Assembly: GCA_965203295.1 (NCBI GenBank) | Contig: CBDBCZ010000017.1 | Coordinates: 992,001 to 1,056,000 of the forward strand | Direction of reading: 5' to 3' | DNA length: 64,000 bases | From: Nitrospirales bacterium | GTDB lineage: Bacteria; Nitrospirota; Nitrospiria; Nitrospirales; UBA8639 | Shown here: positions 1 to 12,392 of the stretch, one piece after another | Layout of the letters: every line of letters begins with the position of its first letter | How positions within the stretch are numbered: the first letter of the stretch is position 1 | Notes under the pieces: generated by a model | The model's input: only the letters and a program-made list of their open reading frames with translations | What the model was told of the DNA's origin: nothing | Databases searched by the model: none | Program-made: the position numbers and the translations under genes

Positions 1-420
1 AGGCCAAGGGGTGGGCTCATACTCAGGCCAAGGGGTGGGCTCATACTCAGGCCAAGGAGTGGGCTCATACTCAGGCCAAGGGGTGGGCTCATACTCGTGC
101 CAAGGGGTGGGCTCATACTCAGGCCAAGGAATGGGCTCATACTCAGGCCAATGGGTGGGCTCATACTCAGGCCAAGGAATGGGCTCATACTCAGGCCAAG
201 GAATGGGCTCATACTCAGGCCAAGGGGTGGGCTCATACTCAGGCCAAGGGATGGGCTCATACTCACGCCAAGGGGTGGGCTCATACTCACGCCAAGGGGT
301 GGGCTCATACTCATGCAGGCCAAGAAGTGGGTTCATACTCAGAGCAAGGGGTGGGCTCATACTCATGCAGGCCAAAAAGTGGGTTAATACTCAGCGCAAG
401 GAATGGGCTCATAGTCACTC
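1..420. repeat. 24-bp minisatellite (aggccaaggggtgggctcatactc)n, intronic
   Basis: About 17 tandem copies read directly, degenerating toward 420. Explains the GSYSGQGV ORF. Confidence 0.95.
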
Positions 421-495
421 GGGCTAATTGCCCTTCAATGGTATTGGGCCCTTCAATTGCAAGTGCTTGTATAGTATGCATTAATGCTAACTAAC

Positions 496-3400
496 CTGCT
501 GTCTAATCTCATTCTGTTGAATACCCTGGAACTCAAAGGCAGCGTCAAACCTCGGATTCAGCGTCTGTTTGACTACCGCTGTCTGGAACACTGTCTCCTT
601 ATTAGGCAGCAAAAAGACGACGACAAACGGGTCCCTCAATCGTCCCCCCTCTCGTTGTGGCAGGTTCATTGCCTGCAAGAGTTTCACACTCAGCCTACGA
701 TTTAGAACGTCCAAATAGACACTGAATTCCAGCTGACCGAGGCCGGTTACTTCTGAATCTTCACTGCTTATTGACTGAAACCGTTCGAAGTTAAATGACG
801 CTGATTTATAAATAGATGGCACCTTCTCAGGGAAACTGCCTGTGGTTGGTGAAATGACACCAACTGGGAGGGAGGGAGGGAAATGAAAATTATGTAGTGA
901 TTTTTACCAGCCAAGCGCTTAATTACCGTATAGCGCTTAAATTTCGCGGGTCTTTAATTTCACGAATTTCGCGAATTTGAAACGATTCGCAAAATTATTT
1001 CAACGAAAATTTTTACACTTCCGCATAGATAGTCGATTGCATAGACTAATACTATTTATCGTTTCGGTACTTCAGGAGCGTGAATAGACAGTATCCGTGG
1101 TCCAAGTTGCCAGATCCACAAGGAGCGCTCTCCAAACACGCGCCCTCGTCCGGGATATTTGCGGCAAACAGCAAAGCGCTGTAAGTTACTTCAGCTATCT
1201 GCCGGCGCGATGGGAGCATCCAGAAAATGAGCTCGAAGAAGGCCGAAATTAGAAAGCGAGCAGCAGAGCATGCAGCGCTAGCCACAATTCGCTACTAAGC
1301 TTCCTGTAAATCTGTGTGCATTTAGTCACTCAGGAACACTCCGCCCATTATTCATTAGTACGTGGGTGTGGCGATATTAACAACGGATTCGCGAAATTAT
1401 TTCAACGAAACGCTCAAAAACGGCTATTCGCGAATTTTTAGACCCGCGAAATTTAAGCGCTATACGGTATATTCTTCTAAAGGTCCATTTATACTGTACT
1501 CTAGACTGTGGCAGTACACATGCCTATCCCCATGCGTACAACTAGCCTCGTACGTTCCCAGGCTCTACTGCCCAGCTTTTTTCATACGTAGTAAAATAAG
1601 CGGTGCGAAAATAAGCTGGGCAGTAGAGCCTGGGAACGAGCTAGGCTAGCTTATAACCACACCTTCACTTTCGCCAGATTGATCACTAGAACCGTCGTGC
1701 TTTGAAACTGTGGAAGTGGAAGCGAGCTTGTGTTTCGCCACCGGTTCGGGGCTGGGACTCCGACTGATAGTAAGCCATTTCTTCACCGACCGCAGTGTCT
1801 TTCTGGCAGCTGGGAGCTCCGGGGACGGAGAACGGGATCGGTCTAGACTAATACTGGTGCTTCTCGACGACGCCAAAAGAGGCCGCTCGGAATGAGACAC
1901 TTGCAAACTCGCACTCCTCGGGGGCATGGAACCGGGACACTTGATGTAACTCGGGCTCCGGGGTGGGCTCACGCTGGCCGGCCGATGTCGTTCATGTATG
2001 TGTCCCGTGTCACATCGAGGGGAAACGCTCCGAGTTTCCCGTGGTCTTCCCGTTCGAGAAGGGGCTGATTCTTTCTGTCTCTGAGCAGAACCGCTTTTTG
2101 GCTGTGTGGTCACCACTCCCTCCTTCAATGGCATCTGGGGGTGCACTGGGAATTGTCGCTGGTGCTGAGGGAAGTGGAATATTTTCTCTAGAGGGACCTA
2201 GAAGGGGGGGGGATAAATCAGAGGTTACACTTGACAGGCTGTGTGAGAATTGGAAGGGAGGGAGGAAGAATTGGGAAGGAGGGAGGGAGGGAGGGAGGGA
2301 GGGAGGGAGGGAGGGAGGGAGGGAGGGAGGGAGGGAGGGAGGGAGGGAGGGAGGAAGGATTGGAGGGAGGGAAGGAGGGAGGGAAGGGAGGGGAGGGGAG
2401 GTTTTTTTAACAATACATTCGTGAGAAATGAGACAGGTATATAATATGCTTATTAAAACTAGTTTGTATTATTAATCTGGGATACTAGGAAGAATAAAGT
2501 ATATAGTGATCCAGATGATGAAACAGCTCTTGCCATTATTGATTGATTTTTACATATTAGCTAGTGTGGATAGTGAACTGTCTGAGGTTAAAGACCCATA
2601 GTACCACAAATTCCATTTTAGGAACACCAATTTTTACAGCAACATACCATGAAACTACTTCACTATGTGTGAATTACAGTTCACAGACACGAAATAGTAT
2701 TACTGGAGACAATTGCTTGCTCTTCAGCCTGCATCCAGGGCAAGGGTAACTCCAGCATAGAGATGCTGTACAGAGGTTGGTTGTCCCATGCAATAGGCAA
2801 TGGAAGTTTAGAGTAGAAACTGTGCAAACTGTTAGCCTTTGATTCTGACAGCCTAACGTAATTAAGTACTTGAGAGCCACGGCCTATTTGCCTTCTCCTG
2901 TGGACAATCAACTTGCAAATTTCTGTAGTCCCAAGATTTTTTGAGGTGCATAAAATTTGTGGTTTTCGCGGCAGTGTCGTGAACTACGCAGCAAGCTATC
3001 AAGAATCCTCGGTCTGTGATTCAGAAATTTTAGTTCCGCAAAATGTTCAGCACAACCAAACCACGAAAATAAGACTTAGAGATTCAACCCAGAGGCAGCT
3101 ACAATTCACAGGCATGTGATTTTAGAGGGCAGGCTTTTGTCCAGCCTAGATGCAGCTTATAGAGAGTTGCCATGGCATACTTTGGGAGAGGAGCGGTAAG
3201 GTTAGTCAAATTGGGGTATTCAACCTCCTGCTATGGGGGATCTCTGCAGAGTTGGTGAATAGTGAAGGGGGAATGTTTAGCTGGTTTATGATAAGGCTAC
3301 CTTGGGAAAGGAGTGGTAAGGGTGCAGAGAATGAGCTATATATCAGGAAGTTGCATGTCCCATTTTGACTAACCTGGCTTCCATTTACACCTGATATATA

Positions 3401-6400
3401 GCTCATTCTCTGCACCATTGCCCAAATCCCCTGAAATAGGAAGTTGCATGTCCCATTTTGACTAACCTGGCTTCCATTTACACCTATTTCAGGGGATTTG
3501 GGCAATGGTGAAGGGGGAAAGTCTATCTGGTTTATGACAAGGCTATCTTGGCATGCCTTGGGAAAGGAGTGGTACATGTAAGGGTGCAGTGCATGAGCCA
3601 TCAGGAGTGGGACATGTAAGGGTGCAGTGCATGAGCCATCAGGAGTGGGACATGTAAGGGTACAGTGCATGAGCCATCAGGAGTGGGACATGTAAGGGTG
3701 CAGTGCATGAGCCATCAGGAGTGGGACATGTAAGGGTGCAGTGCATGAGCCATCAGGAGTGGGACATGTAAGGGTGCAGTACATGAGCCATCAGGAGTGG
3801 GACATATAAGGGTGCAGTGCATGAGCCATCAGGAGTGGGACATGTAAGGGTGCAGTGCATGAGCCATCAGGAGTGGGACATTTATGACAAGGCTATCTTG
3901 GCATGCCTTGGGAAAGGAGTGGTACATGTAAGGGTACAGTGCATGAGCCATCAGGTGTAAATGGAAGCCAGGTTATAGAACAATGTCATGCAACTTCCTG
4001 TCTACAAGGAAATCCCAGTGCAGTTGGTGAATAGCCTTGCTCCCAGGCCCATGCCATTTTCGGCTACACGAAAGCTGGCACTTTCCTTCGTGCAACCGAA
4101 AAAGTTGTTGGCTTGGGAATAAGGCTACTTCTGGTGAGTACACATCCAGTGTGGCAAGTCCGACTGCCAAGGTCGTGTACAAGAAGCTGGCATCAATGCC
4201 AAGCACAGCCAACCCTACTCTAAACTGGCTCCGGTGTAGGCTGGGTTACTCGCTACTCCGACCCTCAATAATGTGCTTCCGTGGCTCACGTTCAGTCAGC
4301 CGTCCGGCCAGCTCCACCTTGAGCGAAGCAGCTGTTGACTGTGCTCTCTCAGACGCGAGGGTGGCTCCCTCCTCATTACTGCACTTACCTTCCTTACATG
4401 TTTATTTTTTCTATTCCACCTTTTTTTTCTGGTTGTTGTTTTGACTTTGTATCAGCCTGCTTGCAGTGTGTATATATATTTCTGCCACTGTAGTGTGGCA
4501 AATTCAGCTGATTTGCTATGAAATGTGCTTTGCACTTCCTCTGTGAACAGTGAGTGGGCTGATGAGGTTAGTAGTGAGTGGGCCGAATGAGGTCACTGAC
4601 TGGCTTTCCTCAAACCCTCCCCTGCCATCATTACTGACCTCATTATTAGGCTATTTTGTGGGGGCAGTGTTTGAATAGTAAGAATCCTGGGTGGGTGACA
4701 AAGGGTTCAATTATCGTGACCTTTAAAATTGTGATACTATGATGACATTATTGAAATATTGCCTGGATATTATGATGGTATTATTGAATTATCGCTTGGA
4801 TAGTACTATGGTATTATTGAATTATTGCCCAACGCACCTCTAGCTCCAAAGCGTTTCTAGTTACATGTAGACATAGCATTGTACTAGGAATATTTGGCAC
4901 ACTGTCTGTGTTGGGTGCATTTTGTGAATCTGGTACAATTTAAAGAGTGTGTTGCATGTTCTACATGTATAAACAGCGTGACGCTAACCCTATCCCAAAG
5001 TTTAACCCCAGCCCCAACCCTAACCCTAACTCCAACCCTAACCCTAACCCCAACCCTAACCCTAACCCTAACCCTAACCCTAACCTAGCCCTAACCCTAA
5101 CCCTAACCCTAACCCTAACCCTGACCCTAACCCTAACCCTAACCCTAACCTAGCCCTAAGCCTACGTACCATAAATAAAAATACGTACCATAAATAAAAT
5201 ACCAGCAGTGGTCATAGCAATAATCGAACAGGGTATGATTCCAACTCTAGTGGTGGACACTCAACTGTAGCTATCTCAAGTCTCATCTCACTGAGTAATA
5301 TTCCAGTACAGTGGAACCCCTCTTAAAGGACACCCCTGAAATAAGTCCACTTCTGTATTAAGGGACATTTTGGTGTGTCCCAAATATGCTTTCTTAATGT
5401 AAATTTACCCCTGAAATGAGGACACCTCTCTATACAGGACACTTCACCAGGTCCCCAAGGTGTCCACATTAGAGGGGTTCCACAGTATTAATCGTCACGA
5501 ATAAACAGAACTCCACTTCTATAATGGAGCCTCTCTTAACGGACCGGACAACCACCCTTGAACGGGCAAAAAACAAAAACACCGATTGATTTCAGCGATT
5601 AAACCTAACCTCCAAGAAGCAACTGCTTCTCTGCTCCGAACAACTGACACACTATAAAAAAAAACAAAAAAACATACAAACAAACAAACACACAAACGAG
5701 GGCTGTACCTGCCGCATCTCGGGTGCTTCCATAACGGCAGAGGTGTAGTGGGGGGCCTCGTACTTGACGTGGGGATATTTCTCCGCCTTGTGGTTCGGCC
5801 CACAGCAGCGCTGTAGACACCACCAACAGCAGTAGCAGCAGACACTGCCGTCATCATCACAGCTCGGCCAGCTCATCAGGAATGAACTGTCGAGACGATC
5901 GCCTGTGGCAGTAGAGGCATGCATTAGTCTCTGTCTGCTAGTTGGTCTGTAGTTTTAGCATTTAAGGCGTGTTTCTGTACTGCATTAGTCTCTGTCTGAT
6001 AGTTAGTCTGGAGTTTTAGTACTGAAGGCGTGTTTCTGTACTGTATTAGTTTCTGTCTGTTAGTTAGTCTGGACTTATAGTATCTAAGCCATGTTTCTGT
6101 TCCGGCAGTAAAGGCAATAATGGTGGGAAGCAGAGTTTAATATATAAGGCTTTGGGTTTGGCTGGCCAAGCTGAAATTTTGATTGTCCATCTGTACACAA
6201 TCAGAGGCATGCATTAGTCTCTGTCTGTTAGTTGGTCTGTAGTTTTAGCCTTTAAGTCGTGTTTCTGTTTCTGTACTGCGTTAGTCTCTGTCTGTTAGTT
6301 AGTCTGGTCTTTTAGTATTTAAGCCGTGTTATAATGGTGGGAGCGGGGGGCCATATTTGAAAAAAGGTATGACGCGCACCCACCAAGTTGGTTGGTTGTT

Positions 6401-6719
6401 TCGGCAGGTCAGCAAAAAAAAAGGGGCTGTGCATCATGGGCTCTTTTTTTTGGCCTCCTGCTTGGAGTATATGAAAGCAGAGTTTAATATATAAGGCTTT
6501 GGGTTTGGCTGGCCAAGCTGAAATTTTGATTGGCCATCTGTACACAATCATAATCAAATTTTGGGTGGCCATTGTAGAAAATTGCACGGAAAATGGCCAG
6601 TGGCTAGCTGCTATTTTAAGCTTTGTATGAAAGGCCAGCAGCAAAGAGTGGATTAACCACTGGAAATTGCATGAAATGCACAGAAATGAAGTAAACAAAC
6701 TGTGCATACCTCTAAGCAT
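496..6719 (-). CDS. Synaptotagmin-like C2-domain protein with Cys-rich N-terminus and no TM (SYT17/B-K-like), paralog A; 3' exons lie beyond the window start
   Basis: Phase-compatible GT-AG exons 6719-6710 (MLR), 5902-5709 (..MSWPSCDDDGSVCCYCCWWCLQRCC..EMRQ), 2197-1663 (VPLEKIFHF.. Ser/Pro/Arg-rich), 839-496 (C2A: GQLEFSVYLD..NLP..DPFVVVFLLP..TLNPRFD). Alternative start ATG at 5876. Confidence 0.85.
927..1468. mobile_element. TA-flanked MITE with CCGTATAGCG TIRs (Tc1/mariner-pogo-like)
   Basis: ta|ccgtatagcgcttaaatttcgcgggtct ... agacccgcgaaatttaagcgctatacgg|ta. Copies at about 20766-21334 and 40898-41078; relatives at 30744-31318, 52640-53137, 53704-54206, 56298-56487. Confidence 0.85.
3575..3955. 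repeat. 38-bp tandem repeat (catgtaagggtgcagtgcatgagccatcaggagtggga)n inside a composite repeat
   Basis: About 8-9 copies. Bracketed by an inverted pair aacctggcttccatttacacctga (about 3372) and tcaggtgtaaatggaagccaggtt (about 3951). Confidence 0.9.
4140..4360 (+). mobile_element. Degenerate 3' fragment of a CRE-like (restriction-like endonuclease) non-LTR retrotransposon
   Basis: Translation ..AKVVYKKLASM..TLNWLRCRLGYSLLRPSIMCFRGSRS resembles the conserved C-terminus (YKRLA..WLRCRLSFSLLRSAIMCLRGSRS) of CRE-clade elements. No RT ORF is present. Confidence 0.65.
4985..5160. repeat. Interstitial telomeric repeat (CCCTAA)n
   Basis: About 25 perfect or variant CCCTAA units. Shorter tracts at about 7615-7662 and 29216-29233. 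Confidence 0.95.
5309..5485. mobile_element. TA-flanked MITE with CAGTGGAACC TIRs (Tigger/pogo-like)
   Basis: ta|cagtggaacccctc ... gaggggttccacag|ta. Family members at about 17020-17190, 24714-24903, 25328-25685, 29335-29470, 36805-36950, 54216-54440, 62385-62550. Confidence 0.85.
5920..6330. repeat. ~59-bp degenerate tandem repeat (gcattagtctctgtctg..gtttctgtact)
   Basis: 5-6 copies, interrupted by a fragment of a dispersed repeat also seen at 6475-6630 and, inverted, at 50185-50315. Confidence 0.8.
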
Positions 6720-6904
6720 TTGACCAAAAATGGTAAGATCTTAGCAACTCCTGAAACACACATTAAGAGTATTCGAATTCGTTTTTAAGGGTATGCTCAA
6801 GTTAATCTCTGGCGCATTTCATTGGGTGTGAGCAGTAGGAATATACTCTACATTGCTGTGCTTCCTTAGTTACATAACCTTAAGCTCCTTTAACGATATA
6901 GACA

Positions 6905-7129
6905 CAGGGTTCTGCCTAGGAGACGTTGAGTGGTCAAAATTCATTCTCTAAGACACTTTTATTAGCTAAACGCACTTTTCCCATATTGTAAATAGAGTTA
7001 AACATTAGCTATTAGCTAAACGCACTTTTTCCATATTGTACATAGAGTTAAACATTAGCTGAGTGGTGGTCAAAAAGGCTGAGTGGTGGTTAGACCCGAC
7101 CACTGCTGACCAGTGTGGGCAGAACCCTG
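6905..7129. mobile_element. MITE with CAGGGTTCTGCC TIRs (hAT/P-like termini)
   Basis: cagggttctgcc ... ggcagaaccctg. Copies at 37174-37380, 57743-58012, and a partial copy near 46890-46979. TSD not clear. Confidence 0.8.
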
Positions 7130-7696
7130 TAGATATGCGCAGTATGTCGCATAGCACAGTTGCAGCTTTCAGATATATATAGAGGGAAGGTAGTGAATAT
7201 ATAATTCTCTTGCGGCTAATCTTCTGATTCACAGCTCGTTTGGGCTACAGACAAAGTCTCTGATAAAAATTAATGTAAAGGAACGCAGCTATTTTCGAAT
7301 CGGTCCCTACTAACATACATCCCTTCTAGCCTCATACCCAGGCCACACCCACACCTGGGTTCGAGGCTAACATCACTTCGTGGCGCTTATAAGCTCCTGC
7401 TTTCATACAACTGACTAAAGGGGACTGGGTGGCCTAGAAATCATGGGGCTAGAACTACACAAGCCGTTAGAGAGAGTACGTTAGCCTGTACATTTGTATA
7501 GGCAATGCACGCACATGCAGTGACACTCGTGAGCTAGTGAATAGCTTGAAAATGAAGCACCGTAGCCAGCTCTAAACCCACCGTAGCCAGCTCTAAACCC
7601 AACGGTTAGCCTCCTAGCCCCTAACTAACCCTAACCCTAACCCTAACCTAACCCTAGCCCTAAAAATAAGTGGATGCTAACGTACTGTCTCTTTAC

Positions 7697-7878
7697 TGTT
7701 TGATCATGGGTGGCACGCTCTATGGGCCCGAAGGGCGAATAGAGCGTGCCAGCCATGATCAAACCTACTTGGTACATGGGTGGGGTAGAGGGCGTGGCCT
7801 AAATATGATGGCTTGTGTGTTTATGTTCAGGGAGATATAAAGCTCCAAAAAATACGTCTCTATGGTAACATGTACCAA
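7697..7878. mobile_element. Short palindromic element (tttgatcatgg..ccatgatcaaa) adjacent to a TTGGTAC..GTACCAA element
   Basis: The same pair recurs inverted at 58121-58307. The second module also occurs at 32160-32270. Confidence 0.7.
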
Positions 7879-8075
7879 AGCTTCATATACATGTAGACAC
7901 CCCAGAATACAAAGCTGTGCTCTTTGTAGGCTTCTAATTACTCGTTGTGGTCAAGCAAAATATAAATAAAGCCAACATAGTGTTACAAAGATGTGCAATT
8001 TTAGTAGCCTCTGTTCCTAGGCTTTACTGCCTACCTTTTTTATGCTAGTAGGAAAAAAGCTGGGCAGTAGAGCCT

Positions 8076-8334
8076 TAGTCTCGTGCCCAGCCCCATGTTA
8101 GAAAGGTGGGTCTGGCTCCCCGTATATTCAAAGTTGGGGCAGCATTACGTCAGCGGTCCCAGATCTGGACCGGTAATGTGATTGGTTGATTATAGTATTA
8201 CATCACTAAACGGTTGCAGTATCGAGATAGTGGCCACGTGACGCTATTCGTTTGGTGATGTAATATGATGTAACGCTAACCCAACTTCGGGGAGCCAGAC
8301 CTACCTTTCTAACTTGAGGCTGGGCACGAGACTA
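8076..8334. mobile_element. TAGTCTCG..CGAGACTA MITE with 9-bp TSD, nested in a TAGCCTC-family MITE
   Basis: TSD gtagagcct on both sides. Family copies at 16891-16996 (TSD ctggctggc) and 44554-45264 (TSD taattaccc). Confidence 0.9.
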
Positions 8335-9414
8335 GTAGAGCCTGGGAAGAAGGCTACAATTTTAGCTCAACTGTAAAGCTTGTTATAATGGCTTGAATTA
8401 AATAAAGATTATGTAACCAAATACGTTACTGAGTTACAGTTAATGAAGATTATGTAACCAAATACATTCCTGAATTGCAGAAGCTGTACAGTGAGGTCGC
8501 TATACTGCATTTTTTTTTTGCAGATGTGGGCTGTCTCGGGATACTAAGATACTGGTGCCACAGCAAAAGTGTAACAGAAGTAACAGCTGTCACACGTTAG
8601 GCATAGCCTTGTTCCCAGGCTCTACTACCCAGCTTTGTTCGCAAAGCTTGGCAGTAGAGCCTGGGAACAAGAGGCTACCGTAGTTAGGCACTGAACAAGG
8701 ATAGGCATTGTTGTAATTGTTATAATGTTAGAGTCAGACTTGTATCTGGAGTCACCATTGTTTGGCAAACTGTATAAATGGTTTGTTGTGTTTTTGTGCA
8801 AATGTGTGATGTGTATATGTGGTAATTACACTGGAAATAATGAGAAATTGAGTTCTACAGAAGCCGAGTTCAGCAAGCCATGAAAGAACCCGGCCTGCGA
8901 CAAAAACATGACGAGTGCATGGAACATGGAGCATGGAGCATGTAGCATGGAGCATGGAGCATGGAGCATGTAGCATGTAGCATGGAGCATGGAGATTAAA
9001 CAGACTGTAAACATATCGATATGGGAGAGTGAGACACAAATATGATGTTCTGGGTCGATGCTGCTAATTAACCCTGACGATTTACTTTGGAGGGGGGGAG
9101 TTGCCATGGTTGCCATGGTAACTTTAATGTGGCGTACTGGGAGGAAGGAAAGAGAGAGCCAGGCTGTGTAGAAGTAGTTTGCAAGAACAAATTGTACTAG
9201 CCTAGTTCCTAGGTCCCCAGCTTCTAGCCTCGGTCCCAGGCTATCCAGCTTTCCATCACTTGCACTACGGAAGAGCGGGTAAGACCACCTGAATCAACGT
9301 CAGTTAATGCTAATGTGTTTGCCAGACCACTTTAAATTTTTTTTGAGAGACAGGGAAGACTACCAGAATCTCCGTTTTGTTCTCTGCTACAAAAACGTAA
9401 AATCCAAAATGCTT

Positions 9415-9710
9415 ATACCTAAATACCTACAGTAACCAGTACTAAATACCTCTAAGTAACCAATACTAAATACCTAAAGTAACCAGTACTAAATACCAGT
9501 AATAAATACCTAAAGTAACCAGTACTAAATATCTAAAGTAACCAGCCCGAAATACCTACAGTAACCAGTACTAAATATCTAAAGTAACCAGCACGAAATA
9601 CCTACAGTAACCAGTACTAAATACCTCCATAGGTAGTAGAGAGCCTTCTACTCTACTAATGATTATGGTACCTCTAAGTAACCAATACTAAATACCTAAG
9701 GTAACCACTA
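9415..9710. repeat. ~23-bp minisatellite (taaatacctaaagtaaccagtac)n
   Basis: About 10 degenerate tandem copies. Confidence 0.85.
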
Positions 9711-11229
9711 CAATATTATGTTCCTATGCAACGAAGGTGTGCTCTAGGAATGCTATTGTAGTGTGTTGTGGTACTGTGGTTGACAAAATATGCAGACTGA
9801 ATAGGGCTATATAGTCATCATCAACCTTAGCCTTGTACCCAGGCTACATCAACCTCAGGAAAAGGATGGAGGAAATGACAATACAGGATGTCAAAAGCTC
9901 CCGTGTGGGCAGTTGCTATGGGTTACTGATACATCTCTGCTCCACCTTCGTTCTGTCTTCACACCTCACCTCTCCATTCCATCTTTATACCCCATTTCTC
10001 CTCTATCCCCATTAATTAATCATGATACCACAAACAGTTTATGCCTAGATATCTATACAGTCAACAATGTGTAATTAATAAATAGTTTTTTGATGTAGTA
10101 GCTGTATGTATGTAGATGTATGTTGGGATTTAAGTGCGGGAAAACTTATTTTATGCGCTCTTGCTAGCTTATACTGAGCTTACATGCAAATTCAGATCAA
10201 AAAGTTCCTCCACTTTTAATAATAGGTTATGCAGGTTTCAGCATAAGTGATGCGGAGGAGCTTAATTCCCTTCACCTGCGATGGAAGCACTACTTGCTTT
10301 GTACAAGGCAAATTTCCTGAAATGAATCTTCAAGGAAAGCTGTAGGAAATTTAAAGTTCAGGGCTGTGTATAGGACAGGGCTGAATTTGTACCCTATAGC
10401 CTAACTAAATGTCAAATTTCCTTCAACTTTCATTCAAGACGTATTTTCACTTTCGGGTCAGTGTGGGTCAGGTAAATGGAAAGATATTCACTGCAGTGGG
10501 TAGCACCTGAATACACTATGCACCTCTACACACTATGCACCTCTACATTGGCTGCGAAGGAGCCAATTATGAACACAGAGTGCATGTGTGAGGGAAAGTG
10601 TTTGTGGATGGTTTTTTGCTCTCACGGAGCGTTATCTTAGCATCAAGAATCCAAAATGGCTGGTGACAGTGGCGAGGAGTTGAGAAATGTGATTATTTTC
10701 CCAGTATGTACTTTGCTACAGAGGAATGTTAGCCACGCCTAGTCTAATGATTAGTACATGCTAGACCTGCTGTATTAACACCCATGCTTTTATCAACGAT
10801 TTTACGTATTTCAACAGTAATGGAAGCTACTAACATTGAGACTAGTTGGTAGAAGACTATAGACTTAGCCCCGCCCCCTCAGCATAATTAATTTGCTGTC
10901 AGCCGGCTGTGTCAGAGGCCAAAGTTAGACAAGACAGACCTACACAGTTTCAACCCTTGTCTCTCCTTCAGCTATTCATGTCCACAGAGAGTAGGCCACT
11001 GTACACTGTGCAGTTCCCTTTGAACAGCAGCTGCATGACATCAGCATTCTACCACGCTTGTAGTAGTCTGACCAATCAGGTTGCTAGATTAGAGGTTTCA
11101 AAATCACTTATTCACCTCGTAATAGGTGTCTAACTTACTCACTTATTCACCTTGTTTTAATACCCTTCAGCCACGCGTTGCCATATAAACACGCGTAAAT
11201 ATAACCGCCGGATATAGCGTGGTAGAAGC

Positions 11230-11330
11230 CAGTTATACAACTCGTGGTCGGTGTATAAGTGATTTATTCCCCTCGGGCCTTTGGCCCTCGGTAAATAAAT
11301 CGCTTATACACCTCCACCTCGTGGTATAAC
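11230..11330. mobile_element. Palindromic (foldback) non-autonomous element
   Basis: ttatacaactcgtgg..gatttatt..ctcgggcctttggccctcgg..aataaatc..cctcgtggtataa. A similar foldback with a cgaggcgaagccgag core lies at 41134-41292. Confidence 0.65.
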
Positions 11331-12092
11331 CTATACTTAATTGGAGGTGTTGCATTAAAGTTGAAAGGAGATAAAAGAGCTAACTTGATTAAATTGCTTC
11401 AGCAGTTAGACTCTGATGGCAGCTGAACCGTGTTCAAAGTGAGCTGAAATCCACAGTATGGACCACAGCCCGCAAAGGATATAATTTATTGTCACTACGC
11501 GAGAATAAATCGTTTTATGGCATACACACACGGATAGGGGAGCTCTACTGTACCGATGATTTCTATAGAGTTGCTGGACCGCTAATTCTCACCGCACAGT
11601 GACAGTCCACCTGCTCACAATACAACGCTTATTAATTAATAATTATTAAAACATCACCTTGGGAACTTGTTCTTGCCGACACAGAAAACGGCAGTGAGCT
11701 CGAGCCTTGATCTGAGAGTTGAAGTATAGTCTCCTGATTTTGGGCGCAACCAACCGGAGTTCGCGGCAGGGCACTACTGAGCCCTGAATACGGCTAGTCA
11801 TACACAGGGACAAGGATCAACACGACAGGATGCCAAAGTTTGCTGTGCGCTTATTCAAGGTACCCCGGGAATGGCGGGGTTTCAAATGACCCACAGACTA
11901 TAATCACAATTAGCGTCTGGCTTCACTTTGTTTATAGTAAAGTCGATGAAGCGTGTACGTGCATGTGCATGGGTGTGGCATCACTCGTTCATATAATATA
12001 ATTATGCAGATAGCATTACATCAGCAGTTTATCAAAATCATATCATCTATCATTGCAACCAGATATGGTTGATTGTACCACAATGCCACAAA

Positions 12093-12392
12093 AGAATCTG
12101 GGGAGGCTGAGAACGAGGCTATATTTTTCTGCACACACTTATGGATACCAGAATTCACATTGTGTCATGTTGCATTTTTGTTTTCAAAACGGAGTGTATT
12201 GTAAAGCACCAATATTGCCAAATCTTCAAAACAAGAGTGCTGTTGTTCATTCACTTCATTGTTGGGACTCTACAATACACTCAGTTTCGGAAACAAAAAT
12301 GCAACATGACACAATGTGAATTCTGGTATCCATAAGTGCATACAGAAAAAATATAGCCTCGTTCCCAGCCTCAATCCACCGCCAGATTTTTT
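12093..12392. repeat. Long near-perfect inverted repeat with about 95-bp arms
   Basis: gaggctatatttttctg..tatggataccagaattcacattgtgtcatgttgcatttttgttt paired with its reverse complement at 12291-12360. Confidence 0.9.

Noticed and set aside
11..427. Gly/Ser/Tyr repeat ORF (GSYSGQGV)n resembling a structural protein
   Set aside because: It is a 24-bp minisatellite open in several frames, antisense within an intron, with no splice context.
4985..5160. Chromosome end
   Set aside because: Short tract inside an intron with gene exons on both sides.
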